From IMG/VR virus record IMGVR_UViG_3300017722_002988, positions 3,760 through 67,759 of that record: a stretch of 64,000 nucleotides of DNA. The stretch is one strand, 5' to 3'. This document shows positions 50,516-60,583 of the stretch, one piece after another. Source of the DNA: a virus. Taxonomy: Duplodnaviria; Heunggongvirae; Uroviricota; Caudoviricetes. The notes under the pieces are model-generated. The model had not been told where the DNA came from, made no database searches, and saw only the letters and a program-made list of their open reading frames with translations. The stretch's first letter is position 1. Each line of letters begins with the position of its first letter. A program made the translations under genes and the position numbers.

Positions 50516-51963
50516 TGTCTGAAACGATTACCATCACCAAGCTAAACGAGGTTCACTGTAGAGTCCAATGTGATGCTGGCATTGCCGCAGAACTGCAGGA
50601 TTATTTCTCGTTCTACGTTCCTGGTTACAAGTTCATGCCGAAGTTTAGATCCGGTGCCTGGGACGGGAAGATCCGACTCTTCAATCCGTTCGGCAAGGTT
50701 ATCTACGGCGGCCTTATCAACAAGATCCAAGAGTTTGCTCAGGTACGCGAATACGAGGTAGAGATCGAGAACCAACTTCTGCCGAGGCCATTCTCGTTTA
50801 AGGAAGCTGAAGACTTTGCGAATTCATTGGGGCTTCCAGAACACATCGAGAGCCGTGAGCACCAGCTCGAAGGATTTGCCCATTGCGTCCGTGAGGGCCG
50901 GGCTCTTCTGCTCAGTCCTACGTCGTCAGGCAAATCCCTGATCATCTATCTGCTGACAAAATATTACAACTGTAAGGTTTTGGTCATCACCCCGTCGATC
51001 GGCCTGGTCGGCCAGATGAAGGGAGACTTCGAAGAATACGGAGCGGATCCTGAGGACATTCACGCCGTATCGGCTGGGGTGTCCAAGATATCTGAGAAGG
51101 GAATCTGGGTCTCGACATGGCAATCCCTGACCAAGATGCCTAAGAGCTTCTTTGACCAGTTCGGCATGATCATGGTGGACGAAGCTCACCTTGCTGATGC
51201 CAAGTCGATCACGACGATTCTTGAGAAAGCCGAGAACACGCCCCACCGCTTCGGCTGTACGGGTACGCTGGATGGGAGCTTGACACACGAACTGGTTCTA
51301 CGAGGCCTGTTCGGTCCGATGAAGAAGGTCATCACCACTAAGGAGATGATCGACAAAGGATACGCTGCCAAGCTGAAGATCAAGTGCGTTGTCTTGAAAT
51401 GGGGCGATGATGATCGGAAGGTTCTCTCGAAGGCTGCATATAAGGACGAGATCGATTGGGTCGTCACTAATGAGAAGCGGAACAAGTTCATCCGGAACTT
51501 GGCCCTGTCTCTGGACGGCAACGTTCTGATCCTCTACCGCTTCGTCGAGAAACAAGGTATGGTTCTTCGAGATATGATCGAAGCGGCTACTGATCGGCCA
51601 GTCCACTATATCGATGGTGGTGTCGATGGTGATGCCAGAAACGTGATTCGTAAAGAGGTCGACGAGGTCGAGGACTCTATCACAGTGGCCTCGTACGGTA
51701 CCTCGGCCACGGGCATGAGCGTGAAGAATTTCAACTATCTCATCTTTGCTAGCCCGTCGAAGGGCCGGATCCGGAACCTACAGTCGATCGGAAGGATGCT
51801 AAGAGTATCTAAGAAGAAGAACTCAGCAGAGCTTATCGATATTGCAGATGATTTAAGTTGGAAGAACAAGAAGAACCACACCCTGGGGCATTTCAAAGAA
51901 CGTCTCAAGCAATACGATTCCGAAGAACATAACTATCGCATCTATCCAGTGGACATGTCATGA
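50515..51963 (+). CDS. uvsW: SF2 helicase UvsW
   Basis: 'WDGKIRLF', 'SPTSSGKS', 'VDEAH', 'GCTGT', 'LQSIGRMLR'. Confidence 0.95.
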   Translation: MSETITITKLNEVHCRVQCDAGIAAELQDYFSFYVPGYKFMPKFRSGAWDGKIRLFNPFGKVIYGGLINKIQEFAQVREYEVEIENQLLPRPFSFKEAEDFANSLGLPEHIESREHQLEGFAHCVREGRALLLSPTSSGKSLIIYLLTKYYNCKVLVITPSIGLVGQMKGDFEEYGADPEDIHAVSAGVSKISEKGIWVSTWQSLTKMPKSFFDQFGMIMVDEAHLADAKSITTILEKAENTPHRFGCTGTLDGSLTHELVLRGLFGPMKKVITTKEMIDKGYAAKLKIKCVVLKWGDDDRKVLSKAAYKDEIDWVVTNEKRNKFIRNLALSLDGNVLILYRFVEKQGMVLRDMIEAATDRPVHYIDGGVDGDARNVIRKEVDEVEDSITVASYGTSATGMSVKNFNYLIFASPSKGRIRNLQSIGRMLRVSKKKNSAELIDIADDLSWKNKKNHTLGHFKERLKQYDSEEHNYRIYPVDMS

Positions 51964-52397
51964 AGCCAAGACCAGTAATTCTCAAGTTAGTAACCGGCGA
52001 AGAGATAATTGCTGTGTACATTAAATGGAAACTGTTTACATTGGATATTAAGAATCCGATCGAACTGGTTTCTGACGGCGACATCATGAACCCCAAGTCC
52101 AAGCTGATGAAGTTCAGTTTGTACGGTAACTGGGATCGCATGTCAATCCGAAAGAGCGCGATCGCCGCCATGATCGAACCAACTCCAGAGATGCTTGAGT
52201 ACTATAAACTCATCTCACTGTGGGTTTCTAACAATATGAATCCTGACCTGTCTGCTGACCTCCTGCGAGACATCAACATGCTGAACGGGTTCATGGATAT
52301 CAATACCGGCGAGATCGCTGCATCTCCTGAATCCAAGCAGGAAATCTATAAACACATCTTGGAGACATGTCACTTCCCAGAAGGACCGATACATTAA
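51960..52397 (+). CDS. Conserved hypothetical protein upstream of gp55
   Basis: 'ILKLVTGEEIIA' N-terminus; ATGA/TAATG coupling. Confidence 0.7.
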   Translation: MKPRPVILKLVTGEEIIAVYIKWKLFTLDIKNPIELVSDGDIMNPKSKLMKFSLYGNWDRMSIRKSAIAAMIEPTPEMLEYYKLISLWVSNNMNPDLSADLLRDINMLNGFMDINTGEIAASPESKQEIYKHILETCHFPEGPIH

Positions 52398-52960
52398 TGG
52401 CCAAAGCAAAAAACCACTACGTAAACAACAAGCAGATGCATGCGAAACTTCTTGAATGGAAGAACGCAGTTCGTGCCGCTGAAGCTGCTGGAACTCAGAG
52501 ACCACGAGTGCCTGAATATATCGGCGAATGCATCAAGCTGATTGCAACCAACTTGGCCCGTAAACCAAACTTCATGAACTACTCGTTCAAGGAGGAGATG
52601 ATTGGCGACGGCATTGAAAACTGCCTCATGTACATCGACAACTTCAACCCTGAGAAATACAAAAACCCGTTCGCTTACTTCACACAGATCATCTACTACG
52701 CATTCCTGCGCAGGATCCAAAAAGAGAAGAAGCAAACCTACATCAAGCACAAAGTGATGAACCATGACATGGTCTTCAATAACCTGGTTGAGAACGGTGA
52801 GGGAAGCGATGGTCAGTTCGACGCAGTTAAGCTGACTTATGATCCAGAAAAGATGGCGGCTCTTGAGGAACTCTTTGAAAAGAAGAAGCCATCAGCCACT
52901 AAGAAAAAGGTCGGGCTGGACGCCCTTCTCGACCTAGAAGAGGAAAAGGTGCCCGAATGA
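52397..52960 (+). CDS. gp55: Late-transcription sigma factor gp55 (start MAKAKNHY)
   Basis: 'HYVNNK', 'YIGECIKLIA.NLA.KPNF.NYS', 'EMIGDGIENC', 'NPFAYFTQIIYYAFLRRI.KEKKQ'. Confidence 0.95.
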   Translation: MAKAKNHYVNNKQMHAKLLEWKNAVRAAEAAGTQRPRVPEYIGECIKLIATNLARKPNFMNYSFKEEMIGDGIENCLMYIDNFNPEKYKNPFAYFTQIIYYAFLRRIQKEKKQTYIKHKVMNHDMVFNNLVENGEGSDGQFDAVKLTYDPEKMAALEELFEKKKPSATKKKVGLDALLDLEEEKVPE

Positions 52961-53106
52961 TTCCGGCAATCGTAGAACAATACATCACCAAGCTTTTGGA
53001 TCCATCGGTTCCAAAGAACGAACGCGAAAACACCCGCTATGTTCTGACGCAGATCCGTGACTTGTCAGACAAAGCCATTCGCCAATATGACGGCAAGAGG
53101 GCCTAA
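52957..53106 (+). CDS. Small hypothetical protein (49 aa; not in ORF track)
   Basis: Manual translation MIPAIVEQYITKLLDPSVPKNERENTRYVLTQIRDLSDKAIRQYDGKRA; ATGA overlap with gp55. Confidence 0.65.
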   Translation: MIPAIVEQYITKLLDPSVPKNERENTRYVLTQIRDLSDKAIRQYDGKRA

Positions 53107-53109
53107 CGC

Positions 53110-54177
53110 TTGAAGATCGCACTTGTAACCGATACCCACGCTGGTGTGCGTGGGGACAACCAGAACTTCGCTGCATTCCAACGCAAGTTCTGGCGGGATG
53201 AGTTTTATCCCTACATCGATAAACACGGCATCAGCACTGTCATCCATCTGGGTGATATTGCAGATCGTCGTAAGTACATCAACTTCCTGACGGCTAAGAA
53301 TCTCAGGGAGGACGTGATCGACCCTGCTATGAAGAGGAACCTGAACTTCCACGTCATCCTTGGCAACCACGATGTGATGTTCAAAAACACAAACGCCGTG
53401 AACGTGATGGATCAGCTCTTTCATGATTACAAGCATCCTAACCTGCATTGGTATGCTGACCCAACTGAACTAGAGTTTGACGGCCTCAAGATCTTGATGA
53501 TGCCATGGATTAACTCCGGCAACCAGACATTGTGTATGGACGCTATGCGCGATGCCAAGGCCGAAGTGATGATGGGCCACCTGGAAATCACTGGCTTTGA
53601 AATGCATAAAGGTGCCGTCTCCGATCATGGTTTCGACATGAACATTTTCTCTAAGTTTGATCTTGTCATGTCCGGCCATTTCCACCACAGAAGCCGGAAC
53701 CGCAATATCAACTACCTCGGTGCTCCGTACGAGATGACTTGGTCAGATTATAACGATCCGAAGGGTTTCCATGTGTTCGACACAGCTACCCGTGAGCTGA
53801 CATTCATTGAGAACCCACACCGTATGTTCCGCAAGATCTATTATGATGATATCGGCAAAACGATGGAACAGGCCACGACAGTTCCATCGGATCTAGACGG
53901 GTCTTATGTGAAAGTCATTGTCAAGAACAAGACCAACCCGTATTGGTTTGACATGTTCATCGACAAGCTTGAGAAGACCGGTGTGCTAGACGTCAAGACG
54001 GTCGAGGATAACCTGAACTTGTCGCTGGAGTCTGATGATGAGCTTATTGATGAAGCCGAAGACACCCTGACCATCATGAAGTCGTATATCTCGGCCATGG
54101 AAGTCCCTGAGGGAGAAGCATTCCAGCTGGAGTCTCTTATCTCGAACCTCTACGTTGAAGCCCTGAGTCTGGAGTAG
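53110..54177 (+). CDS. gp47: Recombination endonuclease gp47 (Mre11-like; TTG start)
   Basis: 'VTDTHAG', 'HLGD', 'GNHD', 'GHLE', 'SGHFH' phosphoesterase motifs. Confidence 0.95.
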   Translation: MKIALVTDTHAGVRGDNQNFAAFQRKFWRDEFYPYIDKHGISTVIHLGDIADRRKYINFLTAKNLREDVIDPAMKRNLNFHVILGNHDVMFKNTNAVNVMDQLFHDYKHPNLHWYADPTELEFDGLKILMMPWINSGNQTLCMDAMRDAKAEVMMGHLEITGFEMHKGAVSDHGFDMNIFSKFDLVMSGHFHHRSRNRNINYLGAPYEMTWSDYNDPKGFHVFDTATRELTFIENPHRMFRKIYYDDIGKTMEQATTVPSDLDGSYVKVIVKNKTNPYWFDMFIDKLEKTGVLDVKTVEDNLNLSLESDDELIDEAEDTLTIMKSYISAMEVPEGEAFQLESLISNLYVEALSLE

Positions 54178-54180
54178 AAC

Positions 54181-55896
54181 TTGCTTATCAATTTTCATAC
54201 CGTTCGTTGGAAGAACTTGTTAAGTACGGGGAACGCGTGGACGGAAATCCAACTCGACCGCTCTAAATCCACACTCATCTTGGGTGAAAACGGGTCTGGC
54301 AAATCAACGTTCATCGAGGCAATCGTTTTTGCACTCTACGGGAAGCCGTATCGTAACATCAACAAGCCGCAACTGGTTAACTCAATCACCGGTAAGGGTC
54401 TGTTGGTTGAAGTCGAGTTCTCTATCGGAACCAAACGGTATCTGATCCGCCGTGGTGTAAAGCCTGCCATCTTTGAAATCTTCGCTGACGGTAAGCTCCT
54501 AAACCAAACCTCAGACGTTCGTGAGTATCAGGAGATCTTGGAAAAGAACATCCTGAAGTTGAACCACAAGTCTTTCTGTCAGGTCGTGGTTCTTGGCACT
54601 GCCAACTTCACTCCGTTCATGCAACTTCCGGCACACCATCGCCGTGAAATCATCGAAGATCTTTTGGATATCCAGATCTTCTCGAAGATGTCAATCCTTT
54701 TGAAGGAACGCATCTCACAAAACAAAACAGACATCACCGCAAACTCGTATGACATCAAGTTGATCGATGAAAAGATCAAGATGTATAAAGAAAACCTGGC
54801 CAACATTCGTCAAAACAATGACGATATCATTAGGTCACGACTGGAACAGGTCAATCTTCTGATTGATGAGACCCAAGAACTAGAGACACAGATACAGGAT
54901 ATATCATCCTCGATCGCTGCTCAAGAGATCTTGGTCACCGACTACCTCACTATCAAGGCCAAGAGAGATAAGTTCGCTGCTACCAGGACTGACCTGGAGC
55001 AGAAGAGGAACAATCATCAGCAACACATATCATTCTTCCATGACAACGATACTTGCCCGACGTGCACGCAAGAGATTGACGTTGACTTCAAAGAAGGCTA
55101 TGTCGCAAAGCGAACAGAAAAAATCGACGCTCTTGAGACAGCTCTTGCAGAGATGGGAACGATCATTGGAGATCTCGACACAAAAATCGCAGAAGCCGAT
55201 GTAATCAGGAACCAGATTACTAAGACTCGTAGAGAGTGCGACACTTTGGAGATCAAACTCCAAGCTGTTAACCGTTCGATCGCTTCGTACCGCAGTGAAA
55301 TCGAAGAGCTAAAAACTAAAGTGAAGGGCACAGATGCAGATGCCGCAGGCCTGATTAAGTTGCATGATGAGTCTGCCGAACTCAATGTCAGGCGTGAGTC
55401 TTTGCTAAAGCAGCGTTCGACCTACGAGTTGGCTTACGCAATGCTTCGTGATGGCGGCATTAAAACCAAAATCGTCAAGCAGTACATTCCTGTGATCAAT
55501 AAGTTGGTCAACAAGTATCTTGCTGCGATGGACTTCTTCGTGAACTTTGAACTGGATGAGAAATTCAATGAGGTTATCAAGAGCCGCTTCCGTGATGAGT
55601 TCAGCTATAACTCATTCTCTGAAGGAGAAAAGAGCCGACTGGACCTGGCTCTTCTATTCACATGGCGCTCTATCGCACGTCTACGTAACTCAGCGGCAAC
55701 CAACCTCCTGGTGCTGGACGAAGTCTTCGACTCCTCAATGGACACTAATGGTTCAGAAGAGCTGATCAAGATCCTGCACAACTTCGATCACGACACTAAC
55801 GTGTTCGTTATTTCCCACAAATCTGAGAACCTCTACGATAAGTTCCACTCGGCTATCAGGTTCCAGAAGACTAAAAACTTCAGCACAATGGTGTGA
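54181..55896 (+). CDS. gp46: Recombination ATPase gp46 (Rad50-like; TTG start)
   Basis: Walker A 'GENGSGKS', zinc hook 'CPTC', signature 'FSEGE', Walker B 'VLDEVFDS'. Confidence 0.96.
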   Translation: MLINFHTVRWKNLLSTGNAWTEIQLDRSKSTLILGENGSGKSTFIEAIVFALYGKPYRNINKPQLVNSITGKGLLVEVEFSIGTKRYLIRRGVKPAIFEIFADGKLLNQTSDVREYQEILEKNILKLNHKSFCQVVVLGTANFTPFMQLPAHHRREIIEDLLDIQIFSKMSILLKERISQNKTDITANSYDIKLIDEKIKMYKENLANIRQNNDDIIRSRLEQVNLLIDETQELETQIQDISSSIAAQEILVTDYLTIKAKRDKFAATRTDLEQKRNNHQQHISFFHDNDTCPTCTQEIDVDFKEGYVAKRTEKIDALETALAEMGTIIGDLDTKIAEADVIRNQITKTRRECDTLEIKLQAVNRSIASYRSEIEELKTKVKGTDADAAGLIKLHDESAELNVRRESLLKQRSTYELAYAMLRDGGIKTKIVKQYIPVINKLVNKYLAAMDFFVNFELDEKFNEVIKSRFRDEFSYNSFSEGEKSRLDLALLFTWRSIARLRNSAATNLLVLDEVFDSSMDTNGSEELIKILHNFDHDTNVFVISHKSENLYDKFHSAIRFQKTKNFSTMV

Positions 55897-56477
55897 TTAT
55901 GAAACCGCTTATCTTCCTAGACATGGATGGAGTCCTCAATAACACGAGCATGGACTGGGAATCCCATAAAGCTCGTGCTGAGGCACCGTACATTGTTGAT
56001 GACGAAAATCTGGACAAGCTAGAGAGACTCGTTCTCGTGTTGGATGCACAGATCGTTATCAGTTCCACGTGGAGGATTACGTGCTCTAAGGATTTCATGT
56101 CTAAGAGACTTGGAGACGTGGTTGGTCCACGAATCCATGACGATTGGAAAACCAAGCGGCTCAACGGGATTCGTGGACTAGAGGTTCAAGAATGGCTCGA
56201 GCGTAACCTTGGTCCAGAATACTGGTCTTTCAAGGATTTTCTGATTCTTGATGACGATTCGGATTTCCTATGGCACCAACCATTGGTCCGGATCGACCAC
56301 GGAACCGGGCTGACGGATCGTGATGTTGAAAGGGCTCTTGCTATTTTCAAGACCAAGACGGCTGAGATCCCAGAGAAACTTCCGGCTTTTCAGCTTCTTG
56401 AAATAGCACAGAGCCTCAATATTCCGCCGGCCATGGCCCTTCAGATTCATGAAAAGATCTTCGATTTGTATCGATAA
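55893..56477 (+). CDS. HAD-superfamily phosphatase (RNA-repair-associated HAD type)
   Basis: 'IFLDMDGVLN', 'VISSTWR', 'RGLEVQEWL', 'LILDDD', 'GLT'. Confidence 0.85.
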   Translation: MIMKPLIFLDMDGVLNNTSMDWESHKARAEAPYIVDDENLDKLERLVLVLDAQIVISSTWRITCSKDFMSKRLGDVVGPRIHDDWKTKRLNGIRGLEVQEWLERNLGPEYWSFKDFLILDDDSDFLWHQPLVRIDHGTGLTDRDVERALAIFKTKTAEIPEKLPAFQLLEIAQSLNIPPAMALQIHEKIFDLYR

Positions 56478-56480
56478 ACG

Positions 56481-56509
56481 GTGTACACATTATCCCAATA
56501 GTGTATATT
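56481..56509 (+). promoter_or_regulatory. sigma70-like promoter GTGTAC-N17-TATATT
   Basis: Same class, intergenic, extended TG. Confidence 0.65.
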
Positions 56510-56515
56510 TGAATT

Positions 56516-57337
56516 ATGAAACTAGCCCTCATCAGCGATACCCACCACGAGTTCAACTCGCAGGTCCCCGTTCTTCTCACGCAGGACGTGGACCTGCTTG
56601 TGCTTGCAGGTGACATCGATAAAGCCAGTCGTGTTGTCGCCCGGGCCGTCGAGATCGCCAATGGACACGCAAAGAACATTGTCCTCATCCACGGGAACCA
56701 TGAATATTACGGGACCCGACTGGATAAGGGCAAGCGCCAGACTAATATGGCTTTGCTGAGCTACTACGGCGATCATGAGGTAGAGTTCGGAACCTATGAA
56801 AACCCAGAGATCTATTTTCTGGACGGATCGTCGGTTGAAATCGAAGATTTCCTGATCGTTGGTGGAACCTGCTGGACAGATTACAATCTCGACGGCAATC
56901 CAGCGCTTGCGGCTTTTCACGCTCAACAGGGTCTGAACGACTTCAGGCGGATTAAGGTGCACGATGCTAAGAATGGCACGTATCGCCGACTTCTGTCTTT
57001 GGATATCCTGCGCGAACACAACATCACTGCCCAATATATCTGGGACACACTGTGGCTGCAGGAACAAACCAAGTCGTTGGATAAAACCATCGTCGTGACT
57101 CATCACGCTCCGGCTGCTGAGTCCATCGATGAGGACTTCCTCGGCTCTCCCCTGAATGCGGCTTACGCCAACAACTGGGGAAATCGTCTGGCGTACGAGC
57201 GTGGGCCACGTCTGTGGATTCACGGCCACATGCATTGCCCGAAGGATTACACCATTGGGGAAACGCAAATTGTCTGTAATCCCTATGGCTACCCGGGCCA
57301 ACTGCCCGGTGCTGCGATCAAATACATGGAGGTCTAG
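56516..57337 (+). CDS. Calcineurin-like metallophosphoesterase
   Basis: 'ISDTHHE', 'LAGDI', 'GNHEYY', 'THHAP', 'WIHGHMH', 'NPYGY'. Confidence 0.92.
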   Translation: MKLALISDTHHEFNSQVPVLLTQDVDLLVLAGDIDKASRVVARAVEIANGHAKNIVLIHGNHEYYGTRLDKGKRQTNMALLSYYGDHEVEFGTYENPEIYFLDGSSVEIEDFLIVGGTCWTDYNLDGNPALAAFHAQQGLNDFRRIKVHDAKNGTYRRLLSLDILREHNITAQYIWDTLWLQEQTKSLDKTIVVTHHAPAAESIDEDFLGSPLNAAYANNWGNRLAYERGPRLWIHGHMHCPKDYTIGETQIVCNPYGYPGQLPGAAIKYMEV

Positions 57338-57660
57338 TGTCTGTAACTGTTACCATAATCGAAGGTCCCCGCGGAAGCGGTAAGACCTTCGTCCTCCATG
57401 CGCTCGGCAATGCTGCGGTTGAAGGCCGGACTCTAATGCTGGACGAAGCTGATATTGCTTTGTTCTTGGAAAATCCCAAGCTTCAGTTCCCTAAATATTG
57501 GGGCCAGCAATACGCTAACATTTTCATGGTTGGACCTGATGTTGTCAGGATGATGACCCAGCTAGTTGCCGCTGGCATTATTCCTCTTCCATTTAATGTC
57601 AGATTCGTTAACCTGGCCACCACGGAGATCACAGCTGATGACTACCCAAACACTAAGTGA
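57337..57660 (+). CDS. Small P-loop-containing protein (GTG start)
   Basis: 'IIEGPRGSGKT' Walker A and 'LMLDEA' Walker B-like motif in 107 aa. Confidence 0.55.
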   Translation: MSVTVTIIEGPRGSGKTFVLHALGNAAVEGRTLMLDEADIALFLENPKLQFPKYWGQQYANIFMVGPDVVRMMTQLVAAGIIPLPFNVRFVNLATTEITADDYPNTK

Positions 57661-57826
57661 TGTTGACGATGCTCTGGAAGAGATTTCTAACGGCGCACCT
57701 TACAAAATAATGCATCTTAGCGGGAATCAATATCAGATTCTCGTTGAGAATGATAAGTTTCATCAACGCCCTGACCAGGGCCACGACCCATACTACAGTA
57801 TTGAATTCACCGCAAGGGCTCTATGA
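57638..57826 (+). CDS. Hypothetical protein (start MTTQTL)
   Basis: GGAG RBS upstream; ATGA coupling to the helicase. Confidence 0.5.
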   Translation: MTTQTLSDVDDALEEISNGAPYKIMHLSGNQYQILVENDKFHQRPDQGHDPYYSIEFTARAL

Positions 57827-59493
57827 AATACCAAACCGAAGTCGACAGAGCATTTACCGAACTGAAGATCATCCCACGCGCCGGCCAACGAGAGGCCGTG
57901 AGTATGGTCTTGGAACAGTTCTTCGATCATAAGAAGAGACACGTCGTCCTCTCTGCCGATACCGGAACCGGTAAGTCCATCATTGCTGCCGCAATCAGCA
58001 AATGCTTCCAACGCCGGGTCACAGATCCGCTGACCGCATTCACGCTGATGCAAAACAACGCTCTCGTCCGTCAGTACGCCGATACGTTCGGCCACTTTGA
58101 CAATCGAGAGTTTTATCAGATCAAGGGTGCAGGCAACTATCCATGTTCCGCCCTTGCTGAACTCACAAACGACCAGAATGCCAATGGCGAGTCGTGTTCG
58201 TTTGATGAGCTTCCAGATCCTATGAAGCTCCGCTATTGCTCGCAGTGCGAGTTCAAGAAAGCGAAGGGTCTGAGGAATGAGACGCAGAATCTCATCACCA
58301 ACTACTCATACTATTTCATCTCTAAGATGTGGTCCAATCATTTGGATGACCGACCACTAACTGTATTCGACGAGGCTCACACTCTTAATGAAGTCTTCTG
58401 CGACCACAATGCGATCTACTTCTCGGTGGAACGCTTGACGGAATGCGCCAATGAGTGCAACCAAGCTCTGAGCGTGATTGTCGAAGATGAAGTCAAGAAG
58501 ATGAACCTCATCAAACGTCTTCTGAGAGATAAAGGTATCACCGAGCAGAATTATTTGAAGGTCTTGCGAGAACTCTTGGACGTTTACAAGAATCTGTCTG
58601 CCAAGTTTGAAGAACATGCTGAGAATCAATCCTTGGTCAGCGCCTTGAAGACCAAGCAACTCGGCAAGAAATACTTTAACCTCGGTTGCAAGATTGGCGA
58701 TCTTCTGGCCTATAACTACGATCACGTCTTTGAATACATTGTGGAAGACGAAGCTATCTCTGTAAAGCCTGTCTTCATCGGTAAGATGGCCGACAAAATC
58801 CTGGGAGAGCGGAACCTCTTCATGTCAGCAACCATCTCCGACAAGTACATCATCGACACCCTCGAGCTGGACCCAAGCACAGTCGGCTTCGTGAAGCTAC
58901 CTCCAGTCTTCGATCGTGCCAACAAGGAAATTGTCTTCGTTGGCCGTCGTAGTCTGAACTACGGTCTCATGAACGATGATCAGGTCATTAAGGAACTGGC
59001 TCAACAGTGTAGCTCTATCGTGGGCTCTCACGCTAAGATGGGCGAAAAGGGTTTGATCCTCGTGCCGTCATTCAAGGTAGCCGAACAGATGGCCAACGGT
59101 ATTACGGACAGATCCTCCCGAGTGTTCGTCCACACCCGTAGGGACAAGATCGGCGAACTGATTGACCAGTTCAAGGCGTATTCAAAACCTGCCGTTCTCA
59201 TCAGCCCTTCCATCTTCGAAGGCTTGGATTTCGCAGATGACGCGTCCAGGTTCCAAATCATTCTGAAGGCTCCGTTCCCAAGCCTCGGCGAGAAGCGGAT
59301 GAAACATATCGCTGACAAATACCCAGACATTTACAAACTCATGACCCTGAAGAAGATCATCCAGGGTATCGGCCGGTCTGTGCGTTCTCCGGAGGACTAC
59401 GCCACGACCTATGTTCTGGATTACAACGTCAAGAAACTCTTCGACTCGGGCCTCAACGTCTGGGATGATCAATTCACGGTGACAAGCATATGA
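57823..59493 (+). CDS. DinG/XPD-like SF2 helicase
   Basis: Q motif 'PRAGQ', 'ADTGTGKS', 'DEAH', 'MSAT', 'FEGLDF', 'KAPFP', 'QGIGRSVR'; Cys residues of a possible Fe-S domain. Confidence 0.88.
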   Translation: MKYQTEVDRAFTELKIIPRAGQREAVSMVLEQFFDHKKRHVVLSADTGTGKSIIAAAISKCFQRRVTDPLTAFTLMQNNALVRQYADTFGHFDNREFYQIKGAGNYPCSALAELTNDQNANGESCSFDELPDPMKLRYCSQCEFKKAKGLRNETQNLITNYSYYFISKMWSNHLDDRPLTVFDEAHTLNEVFCDHNAIYFSVERLTECANECNQALSVIVEDEVKKMNLIKRLLRDKGITEQNYLKVLRELLDVYKNLSAKFEEHAENQSLVSALKTKQLGKKYFNLGCKIGDLLAYNYDHVFEYIVEDEAISVKPVFIGKMADKILGERNLFMSATISDKYIIDTLELDPSTVGFVKLPPVFDRANKEIVFVGRRSLNYGLMNDDQVIKELAQQCSSIVGSHAKMGEKGLILVPSFKVAEQMANGITDRSSRVFVHTRRDKIGELIDQFKAYSKPAVLISPSIFEGLDFADDASRFQIILKAPFPSLGEKRMKHIADKYPDIYKLMTLKKIIQGIGRSVRSPEDYATTYVLDYNVKKLFDSGLNVWDDQFTVTSI

Positions 59494-60371
59494 AGCTCCG
59501 ACCCCTCTTTATGTGGGCCGGAGGCAAGACAAAGATGATTCCAAAGTACGAGGAACGTCTTGGCATCCCACATGAGTTTGATTATTATGTGGAGCCCTTC
59601 TTCGGAGGAGGAGCTATGTTCTGTGCCCTTCACAATCAAGGTCTACTTGATGGCAAGATGGTCCGGATCAACGACCTCAACCCGGAGGTCATCAAACTAT
59701 ATCGGACCATCCGTGACGACTGTGAGGGTCTGATCTACATCCTAAAACAAATCGAAGATCGCTACCTCAATATGAATTACGCGAAGCGGAAAGAGCACTA
59801 CTACCTCGTCCGCAATGCTTATGCCTTCCAGGGTTTCGAGACCCTATTAGATTCGGCCACATTTCTATTTCTTGTCAAGACTGGCTTCAACGGGATCTTC
59901 CAGACGATGGAGGGATCTGACCGATTCGCTAGCCCCTGCGGTTTGCTAAATCATACTGATTCGCTGTTCGACTATGACTTGGTCCGTGCCTGGTCTAAAG
60001 CCCTGAAACCAGTCTACATCGAGAATCGTGATGTCAAGGACGTAGCAAGAACTATGGGTTGGAAATCGAACACCTTCTTCTTCCTGGATCCACCGTACCG
60101 CGATTGCTTCAAGCACTATGGGGTTGATGATTTTAACCATGACGATTTGATTCGATGGGCTCGAGAATTATCGAAGGGTGATTACAATATCGTCTTTCTG
60201 TGTAACCGCTGGACTGACGATACATACTACATGGATCAAGCCCAGGGTGACCTGGACATTGATACCTTCGGCGTGACCTACACGGCCGGACGACGCAAGA
60301 AGAACGAGGATGGGACCCACTCAGCCGTCAAGGCGCAAGAGGTTCTGCTAAATAACACTAGGAGATTATGA
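59490..60371 (+). CDS. dam: DNA N6-adenine methyltransferase (Dam/D12 class)
   Basis: 'WAGGK', 'YVEPFFGGGA', 'INDLN', catalytic 'DPPY'. Confidence 0.88.
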   Translation: MKLRPLFMWAGGKTKMIPKYEERLGIPHEFDYYVEPFFGGGAMFCALHNQGLLDGKMVRINDLNPEVIKLYRTIRDDCEGLIYILKQIEDRYLNMNYAKRKEHYYLVRNAYAFQGFETLLDSATFLFLVKTGFNGIFQTMEGSDRFASPCGLLNHTDSLFDYDLVRAWSKALKPVYIENRDVKDVARTMGWKSNTFFFLDPPYRDCFKHYGVDDFNHDDLIRWARELSKGDYNIVFLCNRWTDDTYYMDQAQGDLDIDTFGVTYTAGRRKKNEDGTHSAVKAQEVLLNNTRRL

Positions 60372-60583
60372 TGGGCTGGTCCAGTGGAACTTCGCTTTTT
60401 GAGCATGTGATTGAGACGGTGAAATTCCACGTACCGGATTTCGACACTAGATACAGCATGTATGTGGAACTCGTCAGCGCTTTTGAAGCCCACGACTGGG
60501 ACAATCTGGATGAAGTGGTTGGCATCGACCCGGCCTATGACCAATTTTACAATGAGTCCGTGAAAGAAAACGATGAAGATTGA
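60368..60583 (+). CDS. Hypothetical protein
   Basis: Coupled ORF beginning 'MMGWSSG'. Confidence 0.65.
   Translation: MMGWSSGTSLFEHVIETVKFHVPDFDTRYSMYVELVSAFEAHDWDNLDEVVGIDPAYDQFYNESVKENDED

Noticed and set aside
56522-57301. 259-aa minus-strand ORF over the metallophosphoesterase
   Set aside because: The plus strand carries all catalytic motifs; the antisense product is featureless.
59490-60371. Dam methylase as part of a restriction-modification system
   Set aside because: No adjacent restriction endonuclease; orphan Dam is common in T4-like phages.
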